Source: Candidatus Enterousia avicola
GTDB taxonomy: Bacteria; Pseudomonadota; Alphaproteobacteria; Rs-D84
Assembly (NCBI GenBank): GCA_018714345.1
Contig: DVNO01000006.1
Span: forward strand, 7,233-71,232
Direction: 5' to 3'
DNA length: 64,000 nucleotides
Made by a program: the position numbers and the translations under genes. This document shows positions 46,540 through 53,448 of this stretch, piece after piece (within the stretch, counting starts at the first letter, position 1; every line of letters starts with the position of its first letter). The notes under the pieces were generated by a model that saw only the letters and a list, made by a program, of their open reading frames with translations, was not told where the DNA came from and searched no databases.

Positions 46540-48336
46540 ATGTCAAAGAAGATTTATGTGGACGCAGTCCACCCAGAGGAAACACGGGTGGTGGTGGTAG
46601 ATACCGCTACCAATCGTGTTTCTGATTTTGACGTAGAAACAACCACTAAGCCACAGATTAAAGGCAATATTTATCTGGCAAAGGTTATTCGCGTTGAACC
46701 TTCCTTGCAGGCGGCGTTTGTTGATTATGGGGCTGGGAAGAACGGATTCTTGCCGTTTTCTGAAATTCACCCTGATTATTATCAGGTAACCCCTGAGCAG
46801 AAAAAGAAGTTGTTAGAATTGGCCCACGCAAATATCGTGGACGATGATGATGACCCAGATGACGAAAACGACGAAGTCGCAGAATATGATGATCATAGCG
46901 CCGGTGAAGATAATAAAGAACTAGTTAAACGCTCGCACGAATTTAAAATTCAAGACGTTATAAAACCAAAACAAATATTATTGGTTCAGGGTGTAAAGGA
47001 AGAACGCGGGCAAAAAGGTGCCTCGATGACGACGTATTTGTCACTGGCGGGGCGATTTGCCGTGTTAATGCCTAATTCCCGAAAACGTAATAGCTATGGG
47101 ATTTCTAAGAAGATTTCTGATAAAGAAGAACGTGCCAGATTAAGAGAAATTTTGCACAATCTAAAAATTCCAAAAGGCATGACCGTTGTATTACGTACCG
47201 CAGCATTTGGGGCAAGTGCGGCAGATATTGCGAATGATTACGATTACTTGGTAAATTTGTGGAATGAAATACGTAAGACTACATTAGAATCTGTTGCCCC
47301 TGTAACAATTCATACAGAAGATTCTTTATTGCGTCGTGTTGTTCGTGACTTCTTATCCGATAAAGATGACGTTCTTGTTATTCAAGGGGAAGAAGCTTTT
47401 GAAGCGGCAAAACAATACTTTCAGCAAATGTACGGCAAAGCACCACGAAAGCAGTTGGTACAATATAAAGACCCAGCTGTTCCATTGATGGTAAAGGCCG
47501 GAATAGAAAAACAATTAGAAGGCTTGCATGGTCCCTATGTTCAGTTACCGTCTGGTGGTTCTTTGGTTATAAATCAGACAGAAGCAATGGTAACCATCGA
47601 CGTTAATTCTTCTAGAGCCATTAAAGAAAAAGATATTGAGCAAACTGCATTAAATACTAACTTAGAGGCAGCCGAAGAAATAGCATTGCAACTGCGCCTG
47701 CGTGACTTGGCCGGCATAATAGCGATTGATTTTATTGATATGGAAGAAGAAAAAAACAATCGTAAATTAGAAGCCAAAATGCGCGAAGTAATGAAGCGCG
47801 ATCGTGCGCGTACCCAAGTTGCAAAAATCAATAACTTCGGTGTATTGATGTTATCTAGACAACGTCTGCGCAGCAGCTTTATGGAATCTTCCTATGTTCA
47901 ATGTCCACATTGTATGGGGGCCGGTGTCGTGCCAAGCATTCAAACGGCGGCGATAATTTTGTTCCGTCACCTGCAAGAAAAACTATTGGCGAAGACTGCC
48001 CAGAAAATTATCATGACAGTTCCGACAGATATCGCTATCTATCTGCTGAACCACAAACGTGCGGAACTAGCAGCAATGGAAAGCGAATTTGAGACCGAGA
48101 TTGTCATTGTGGGTGATGACAGCTTGATGAATATAGATCAATATTCAATCCAACGCGTTGCCCCAGAACAAAATAAGACAGAAGACTTGTTATCTGCATA
48201 CGAGCCTTCGACGGACGCCAAAAAGAAAAACGCGCAACATGTAGAGGCAAAAAGAACAACCATGAACGCCCCACATCGTCGTCGTAAAAAGTCCCAATCT
48301 AAGAAAACAAGCTTGTGGCACAAATTGGTTGGTTAA
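46540..48336 (+). CDS. Ribonuclease E/G family endoribonuclease
   Basis: S1 domain GNIYLAKVIRVEPSLQAAFVDYG. Catalytic TEAMVTIDVNS. Zn-link CPHCMGAG. Acidic insert DDDDDPDDENDEVAEYDD. Basic C-terminal tail. Confidence 0.9.
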   Translation: MSKKIYVDAVHPEETRVVVVDTATNRVSDFDVETTTKPQIKGNIYLAKVIRVEPSLQAAFVDYGAGKNGFLPFSEIHPDYYQVTPEQKKKLLELAHANIVDDDDDPDDENDEVAEYDDHSAGEDNKELVKRSHEFKIQDVIKPKQILLVQGVKEERGQKGASMTTYLSLAGRFAVLMPNSRKRNSYGISKKISDKEERARLREILHNLKIPKGMTVVLRTAAFGASAADIANDYDYLVNLWNEIRKTTLESVAPVTIHTEDSLLRRVVRDFLSDKDDVLVIQGEEAFEAAKQYFQQMYGKAPRKQLVQYKDPAVPLMVKAGIEKQLEGLHGPYVQLPSGGSLVINQTEAMVTIDVNSSRAIKEKDIEQTALNTNLEAAEEIALQLRLRDLAGIIAIDFIDMEEEKNNRKLEAKMREVMKRDRARTQVAKINNFGVLMLSRQRLRSSFMESSYVQCPHCMGAGVVPSIQTAAIILFRHLQEKLLAKTAQKIIMTVPTDIAIYLLNHKRAELAAMESEFETEIVIVGDDSLMNIDQYSIQRVAPEQNKTEDLLSAYEPSTDAKKKNAQHVEAKRTTMNAPHRRRKKSQSKKTSLWHKLVG

Positions 48337-48364
48337 TAAAAATCCCGCGAAAGCGGGATTTTTT
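48337..48364. terminator. Bidirectional intrinsic terminator
   Basis: A-run, atcccgc-gaaa-gcgggat hairpin, T6. The same hairpin recurs at 61048-61065. Confidence 0.8.
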
Positions 48365-48674
48365 AACGAACTTTTTTATTTTTTCGTGCATCACTGCCCT
48401 TACGCAAGTTATGTAACTCTTTATATTTAGAATACAAAAACTGTGTTAGTTTTTTATTTGTCCCCTCTGCCTTTAGTACCGTCTCTTCCAATACAGCTAA
48501 GTTTCTTTCCTGTTCCTCTAATTTCTCAAGCAAAAACATATTCTGCAACAAAAGCTGTTTATTCTGTTCTGCCAAACTACGACTCTCCGCTTCTAGATTA
48601 GCAAGTTTTTCTTTAGCACTATTAACAAGATTTCTTAAAAACTTTATCTTTTCTTCCGATTTATTATCGCTCAT
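48363..48674 (-). CDS. Small coiled-coil protein (paralogue of 48708..48989)
   Basis: 103 aa with heptad-rich sequence and a basic tail. The N-terminus MSDNKSEEKIKFL resembles the neighbour's MQDEKTEETINIL. Confidence 0.5.
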   Translation of the reverse strand: MSDNKSEEKIKFLRNLVNSAKEKLANLEAESRSLAEQNKQLLLQNMFLLEKLEEQERNLAVLEETVLKAEGTNKKLTQFLYSKYKELHNLRKGSDARKNKKVR

Positions 48675-48707
48675 CGTAAAATCCTACTTATTAATCATTA
48701 TAACCAT

Positions 48708-48989
48708 TTAACGTCTACGTAATGCTTTCTTTTCTGCAGCAATTTCTTGAAGCCTCTTTAATATTTTCTGCCTTTTAGCTTGAGCTTTGTTCAAACGCTC
48801 TGTCAATTCAGACATTCTCTTACTGTACATATCAAGCTGGTGTGCATAAGTCTTGTTCTCTCGTGAAAGCTCGTTATTCTCCTCACGAATACTATCAATA
48901 TTCCAAGCTAAATAATTAGTTCTTGCTGTATATTCGTCTAGGTTCATTAATAAAATATTTATCGTCTCTTCTGTTTTTTCATCTTGCAT
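48708..48989 (-). CDS. Small coiled-coil protein
   Basis: 93 aa with heptad-rich sequence and basic tail ...EKKALRRR. Preceded by a canonical promoter. Confidence 0.5.
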   Translation of the reverse strand: MQDEKTEETINILLMNLDEYTARTNYLAWNIDSIREENNELSRENKTYAHQLDMYSKRMSELTERLNKAQAKRQKILKRLQEIAAEKKALRRR

Positions 48990-49012
48990 GTTTTTAACCT
49001 TTTTGCCACTAA

Positions 49013-49041
49013 ATAGTATGTTACAAAAAATAAATTGTCAA
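49013..49041 (-). promoter_or_regulatory. Sigma70-like promoter for the coiled-coil gene pair
   Basis: On the minus strand TTGACA (49041-49036), 17-nt spacer, TACTAT (49018-49013), about 24 nt upstream of the ATG at 48989. Confidence 0.55.
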
Positions 49042-49080
49042 CAATTAGATATATAATATCAAAATTCTCCTGATCTTAAT

Positions 49081-49143
49081 CCGTCGCCTTGCAAAATTGC
49101 GCTGTGCGCAAACGGTGTACTGCCGTACACCTTTTTACGACGG
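49081..49143. other. Compact three-helix structured element / orphan terminator
   Basis: ccgtcg (49081-86) pairs with cgacgg (49138-43), enclosing hairpins ttgcgc-tgt-gcgcaa (49097-49111) and ggtgtac-tgcc-gtacacc (49114-49131). The second is followed by T5 on the plus strand. No ORF. Confidence 0.3.
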
Positions 49144-49186
49144 TTCGAACGGCTTCCTTCGCCGGTTCTCATCCGACACGCCCAGT

Positions 49187-49242
49187 GTTATAAAAAATAC
49201 CCGCAATAGCGGGTATCCCTTATAACTGGGGCGGATAACCGG
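49187..49242 (-). repeat. Direct repeat copy A (tRNA-His 3' end plus terminator)
   Basis: 56 nt identical to 49395-49450 by direct comparison. The copies are offset by 208 nt. Confidence 0.9.
49191..49216 (-). terminator. Duplicated intrinsic terminator (copy A)
   Basis: On the minus strand atacccgc-tatt-gcgggtat followed by a T-run. Confidence 0.6.
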
Positions 49243-49250
49243 AACACCTG
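49227..49250 (-). pseudogene. tRNA-His 3' fragment (pseudo-tRNA)
   Basis: Matches tRNA-His from the variable loop to CCA, except for a 12-nt deletion (ttcgaaccggcg) removing the T loop. Upstream sequence no longer resembles the tRNA. Confidence 0.7.
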
Positions 49251-49394
49251 CGCCAGCCAATTTTATTGCCTGGCTTCGTATTGTTCGCTTATCGCACCTG
49301 CCGGTGCTGCTCACCACTCGTTCGCGTTCGACTTCTCTTCGTTCGTCTCACTGACTCGTATGCGAACCTCCGGTTCGAACCCGACCCGACCAGA

Positions 49395-49450
49395 GTTATA
49401 AAAAATACCCGCAATAGCGGGTATCCCTTATAACTGGGGCGGATAACCGG
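49395..49450 (-). repeat. Direct repeat copy B (3' end of the intact tRNA-His plus terminator)
   Basis: See 49187-49242. Confidence 0.9.
49399..49424 (-). terminator. Intrinsic terminator after tRNA-His
   Basis: On the minus strand atacccgc-tatt-gcgggtat followed by a T-run, 10 nt after the CCA end. Confidence 0.75.
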
Positions 49451-49512
49451 ATTCGAACCGGCGACACCTGGTACCACAAACCAGTGCTCTAACCAACTGA
49501 GCTACATCCGCC
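49435..49512 (-). tRNA. tRNA-His (anticodon GTG) with encoded G-1 and C73
   Basis: G-1 plus acceptor GCGGATG/TATCCGC, anticodon loop TTGTGGT, T arm GCCGG-TTCGAAT-CCGGT, discriminator C, encoded CCA. Confidence 0.9.
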
Positions 49513-49545
49513 ATACTCATAAAGCCCGACTATTTTAATCTATCT

Positions 49546-50115
49546 TTATCTTTTTGTCAAGGCGTTATGATTTACAAACTTAAAGCATTTACTGCTATGT
49601 CCGTTTATAATACCAATAGCTTGTAAATAAGAATATATTATCGTCGTCCCAACGTATTTCATACCACGATGTTGCAAATCTGCGGATATCTTATCCGATA
49701 AGTCCGAATGTGTGAACTTCATGCAGTCTTCATCGACCACCTTACCGTTACTAAATCCCCATATGTAACTATCAAAACTATCGAATTCCTGCTGAATTTC
49801 TTTAAATACAATGCTATTCCTTATGCTGGCTTGTATTTTTAACCTGTTTCTTATAATTCCAGTATCAGAAAGCAATCTAGAAATATCTTTTTCGTCATAT
49901 TTTATAACTTTTTCTATGTCAAAATTATCGTAGGCATGTCTAAAAGAATCTCGTTTATTCAAAACACATTCCCATGACAACCCTGCCTGAAAACTCTCTA
50001 ATATCAACAACTCGTATAATTCATGGTCATCGTGTTTAGGTATTCCCCATTCTTCGTCATGGTATTTAACATACATTTCATTCTTAAGATTTACCCACGA
50101 ACATCTGGAACACAT
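49546..50115 (-). CDS. tag: DNA-3-methyladenine glycosylase I
   Basis: The ATG at 50115 gives MCSRCSWVN..YVKYHDEEWGIP...ESFQAGLSWECVLNKR. The track's N-terminal extension runs into tRNA-Ala and is rejected. Confidence 0.9.
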   Translation of the reverse strand: MCSRCSWVNLKNEMYVKYHDEEWGIPKHDDHELYELLILESFQAGLSWECVLNKRDSFRHAYDNFDIEKVIKYDEKDISRLLSDTGIIRNRLKIQASIRNSIVFKEIQQEFDSFDSYIWGFSNGKVVDEDCMKFTHSDLSDKISADLQHRGMKYVGTTIIYSYLQAIGIINGHSSKCFKFVNHNALTKR

Positions 50116-50154
50116 ATCAAAGCCATAAATAAAATAACAAAAAGATATAAAAAA

Positions 50155-50230
50155 TGGTGGAGCTGATCGGACTCGAACCGACGACCCCTTGCATGCCATG
50201 CAAGTGCTCTACCAACTGAGCTACAACCCC
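50155..50230 (-). tRNA. tRNA-Ala (anticodon GGC)
   Basis: Acceptor GGGGTTG/CAGCTCC with the G3:U70 alanine identity pair. Anticodon loop ATGGCAT. T arm GTCGG-TTCGAGT-CCGAT. Encoded CCA. Confidence 0.9.
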
Positions 50231-50243
50231 ACTGCGGAGTTTT

Positions 50244-50272
50244 ATTCTATATTTCTTCTTGCCAAATGTCAA
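50244..50272 (-). promoter_or_regulatory. Sigma70-like promoter upstream of tRNA-Ala
   Basis: On the minus strand TTGACA (50272-50267), 17-nt spacer, TAGAAT (50249-50244), 13 nt before the tRNA 5' end. Confidence 0.55.
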
Positions 50273-50311
50273 ATCAATTTGCTAATCTCTTTAGACATAA
50301 GGAGATTTATT

Positions 50312-50872
50312 ATGGATTACCAAGCACTAAAAAACGAAGTTGAACAGAAAACCCAGCAAACGTTGGAAGTTTTAAAAGGTGAATATGCTGGTCTTCGTAC
50401 AGGTCGGGCGTCCGTTCATTTACTAGACGGTGTTCGCGTTCCTGTTTATGGTTCTGATATGCCAATCAATCAAGTCGCAACCGTTGCAACACCAGACAAT
50501 CAAACATTAACTGTTACCGTATGGGACATAAATAATGCTGGCATTGTTGAAAAGGCTATTCGTGATTCTGGTTTAGGTTTAAATCCTATGACAGCGGGTG
50601 GTGTAATTCGCTTAAACATGCCACCGTTGACTGAAGAACGCCGTAAAGAGCTGACCAAAGTTGCTGGAAAGTATGCAGAAGAAGCAAAAATTTCTATGAG
50701 AAATATTCGTCAGGATGCAATGGGTAAAATTAAACGTGCAGTTACAGACAAGGAAATTTCAGAAGACGACCAGCGCAAATTTGAAGATGATTTACAAAAA
50801 GTCTTTGAAAAACGTGCAACAGAAGTAGATGCTCTTGCGAAACAGAAAGAAGCAGATATTATGTCTGTATAA
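50312..50872 (+). CDS. frr: Ribosome recycling factor
   Basis: The ATG at 50312 after SD aaggag. LKGEYAGLRTGRASVHLLDGVRV and the remainder are typical of Frr. 186 aa. Confidence 0.95.
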   Translation: MDYQALKNEVEQKTQQTLEVLKGEYAGLRTGRASVHLLDGVRVPVYGSDMPINQVATVATPDNQTLTVTVWDINNAGIVEKAIRDSGLGLNPMTAGGVIRLNMPPLTEERRKELTKVAGKYAEEAKISMRNIRQDAMGKIKRAVTDKEISEDDQRKFEDDLQKVFEKRATEVDALAKQKEADIMSV

Positions 50873-50908
50873 AATTTCGTTTCACTAATACAAATATTGG
50901 ATTGGAAA

Positions 50909-51667
50909 ATGTTCAAACTATTTAAAAAGAAAGAAGAAAAAGCTGTTGAAGCACCAAAAATTCCAAAACACATTGCTTTCATATGTGATGGTAACCGCCG
51001 TTGGGCAGAGGCACGTGGTTTGCCACCATTGGCGGGGCATAAAGCGGGTATAACGAATTTTGAAAACTTGGTAGATTGGTTTATTTCCAAGGGTGTTACA
51101 ACTGTTACTTTCTTCTTATTCTCTACAGAGAACTGGAATCGTTCTGATGAAGAAGTCAATTTCTTGATGGATTTGTTCTATACAGAGCTAGATAAAAATA
51201 TGAAACACGCTCTTGAAAAAAATCTTAGATACCGTGTTGTTGGTTCCAGAGATAGGCTGCCAAAAAAGCTAGCAAAAAAATGTGACGAACTAGAAAAAGC
51301 ATCATCTGAAAACACTGGTGGGACAGTTGTCTTTGCGCTGAATTATGGTGGCCAAGACGAAATCGTTGCAGCGGTAAACGATGCTATCGCAGCTGGGCAA
51401 CCAGTTGATAAAGCTACGTTTGAAACATTTTTGGATACTGGCGAACTGTTGCCTATAGACTTAATGGTTAGAACAAGTAACGAGTTTAGAATTTCTAATT
51501 TCTTACTGTGGAAACTTGCTTATGCTGAACTGTTATTTGTACCAGAACACTGGCCAGATTTAGTACGCAGCGAGAAATTATGGGAATACACTTTGGACGA
51601 GTATGCAAAACGCAACAGACGCTTTGGTGGCGGAAAGAAAGCAAATTATTCTGGTCGAAAAAAATAA
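50909..51667 (+). CDS. uppS: Undecaprenyl-diphosphate synthase (isoprenyl transferase)
   Basis: HIAFICDGNRRWA and RTSNEFRISNFLLWKLAYAEL motifs. The ATG at 50909 is preferred over the TTG at 50897. Confidence 0.95.
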   Translation: MFKLFKKKEEKAVEAPKIPKHIAFICDGNRRWAEARGLPPLAGHKAGITNFENLVDWFISKGVTTVTFFLFSTENWNRSDEEVNFLMDLFYTELDKNMKHALEKNLRYRVVGSRDRLPKKLAKKCDELEKASSENTGGTVVFALNYGGQDEIVAAVNDAIAAGQPVDKATFETFLDTGELLPIDLMVRTSNEFRISNFLLWKLAYAELLFVPEHWPDLVRSEKLWEYTLDEYAKRNRRFGGGKKANYSGRKK

Positions 51668-51696
51668 TTATAAACATAATTAAAGGTCAACAATAA

Positions 51697-52341
51697 ATGT
51701 CAAATACTAAGCAGAGAATAATCGTTGGTTTTTTAATGGCTGCGGTAGTTGTTGCAGCGGCGGTTGGCGAATATTACGGTATACCAGCCGTAAGATATCT
51801 GAGTATGCTGGTTGCCATAGGGATGATTATAGAAATGCTGATATGCATAAAAAGCACACCGCGTGAAACAATCAAAAAAAACTGGTGGCAATTTTCTGCT
51901 TTCTTATTATGGCTGATTGTAATCTTTTTAGCCGCAAGTTATGTCGGTACAAGACCTTGGATAATGTTATTATTACTGTTAATAATCGCCTGTGCTGATA
52001 TTGGTGCGTGGTTTTTTGGTAAATTAATTGGTGGCGATAAAATGTGGGAACGTCTGTCCGCACACAAGACTTGGGCTGGGCAGATTGCAGGTATAATTTG
52101 TGGGACTTTCGCCGCAATAATGTATGGATTGTTGGGAACAGATATGTTTATGCCGCAATTACTGTGGATTGGCATTAGCATATCTTTGCTGTCTCAATAC
52201 GGTGATCTAACTGCCAGTTGGATAAAGCGTAAGATGGGCTTAAAAGATTTCGGCAGAATCTTACCAGGACATGGTGGTTTACTAGATAGGTTTGATGGCT
52301 GGATTTATGCTTTACCGCTGATATGGTTCGTAATGTTATAA
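51697..52341 (+). CDS. cdsA: Phosphatidate cytidylyltransferase
   Basis: Polytopic protein. C-terminal signature SWIKRKMGLKDFGRILPGHGGLLDRFD. Confidence 0.9.
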   Translation: MSNTKQRIIVGFLMAAVVVAAAVGEYYGIPAVRYLSMLVAIGMIIEMLICIKSTPRETIKKNWWQFSAFLLWLIVIFLAASYVGTRPWIMLLLLLIIACADIGAWFFGKLIGGDKMWERLSAHKTWAGQIAGIICGTFAAIMYGLLGTDMFMPQLLWIGISISLLSQYGDLTASWIKRKMGLKDFGRILPGHGGLLDRFDGWIYALPLIWFVML

Positions 52342-52388
52342 AGCGTTGCCGTTAGTTAACATCTTAAAAATTAAAAGGAAGGGTATAA

Positions 52389-53447
52389 ATGCAAATCGTT
52401 TTAGCTATTGTTGCATTATTAATTGTTCTTGGCATTGTTGTTTTTATTCATGAGCTGGGACACTTTCTTGCCGCCAGATGGGCAAAAGTTCGAGTAGATA
52501 CCTTTTCTATAGGTTTTGGACCAGCAATCATAAAGTGGCACGATAAACACGGAACAGAATGGAAAATTGCATGCCTGCCGCTTGGTGGCTATGTTTCAAT
52601 ATATGGCCAAGAAGATATGTTCAACAGGAAAAAGTATGCAGAACTTCCAAAGGAAAAGAAAAAAGGTCATTATCTGTCTGCCCCGGCGTGGAAGCAATTT
52701 ATTATTGTTGCCGCCGGTGTATTCATGAACTTTGTTTTAGCGTGGCTGATTTATTCTGGCATATTAATGTTTCAACCAAAGCAAGTGCAATTACCAGTAG
52801 TCGGTCAAGTTATTCAAGAAAGTGTTGCATTTAATGCTGGTGTAAAACCGGGCGACACAATTCTAAGAATAGATGACGCAAAAATTACCAATTGGGGCGA
52901 GCTGGTAATTGCAAAAGAACTGGCAGCTGGGCATGATGCAGACGTGCTTTTGCTGCGTAAAGATAAACTGGTACGTGTAGCATTATCACCTGCAGAAAGA
53001 TGGGGCTTAGTTGCAGATGGTAGTAAGACAGAATTACGCAAAAAAGGCTTCTTTGATGGCTTGTATGCTGGTGCCAGGGAAACATACTATCAATCTAAAA
53101 CCTTGTTGGTCGTGTTAAAACAAATTGTTACAGGTGAACGTTCAACAAAGCAGTTGGGGTCGTTTATAACAATTGCAGAAGTTTCTGGTCAAGCCCTGTC
53201 AATGGGAATCATTGCATTGTTGTCGATTATTGCATTGCTATCAGTTAATTTGGGTGTTATAAATCTTCTACCTTTGCCCGTGTTGGATGGTGGATATTTG
53301 TTGATATTAATAATTGAAGCCATAACAAGAAAAAAGCTAGAGGGCAAAGCTATGGAAATAGCAATTCTTGTCGGTTGGTTGTTCATAATCGGCTTGTTCG
53401 CGCTTACAATGTGGAACGATATCGCTAGAGTATTTGGATTAAATTAA
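52389..53447 (+). CDS. rseP: RIP metalloprotease RseP (M50 family)
   Basis: HELGHF zinc motif in TM1, central PDZ-like region, NLLPLPVLDGG motif. Confidence 0.9.
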   Translation: MQIVLAIVALLIVLGIVVFIHELGHFLAARWAKVRVDTFSIGFGPAIIKWHDKHGTEWKIACLPLGGYVSIYGQEDMFNRKKYAELPKEKKKGHYLSAPAWKQFIIVAAGVFMNFVLAWLIYSGILMFQPKQVQLPVVGQVIQESVAFNAGVKPGDTILRIDDAKITNWGELVIAKELAAGHDADVLLLRKDKLVRVALSPAERWGLVADGSKTELRKKGFFDGLYAGARETYYQSKTLLVVLKQIVTGERSTKQLGSFITIAEVSGQALSMGIIALLSIIALLSVNLGVINLLPLPVLDGGYLLILIIEAITRKKLEGKAMEIAILVGWLFIIGLFALTMWNDIARVFGLN

Positions 53448-53448
53448 T

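Noticed and set aside
46367-46625. Track ORFs 46367..46585 (-) and 46401..46625 (+) in the RNase E/G leader
   Set aside because: They overlap the well-supported rne/rng start and have no SD. The region is more plausibly a long regulatory 5' UTR.
49139-49180. SRP (4.5S) RNA-like motif ccggcgaaggaagcc on the minus strand
   Set aside because: Only the GGAAGC core resembles the domain IV consensus CCGGAAGGAAGCAGCC. The 5' side (AGGUCAGG-type) and a long closing helix are absent, so it is probably chance or a tRNA T-arm relic. An Infernal scan would settle it.
49181-49440. Two-piece (permuted) tmRNA, as found in alphaproteobacteria
   Set aside because: The CCA-ending piece is identical to the tRNA-His acceptor end and has no G3:U70 alanine identity. 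No tag reading frame ending in the usual ...A-A stop was found in the spacer.
49135-49477. Track ORFs 49135..49317 and 49289..49477 (both containing VIRPSYKGYPLLRVFFITL)
   Set aside because: They are translations of the duplicated tRNA-His 3' end and terminator on the minus strand. There is no SD, and the shared peptide simply reflects the 56-nt DNA repeat.
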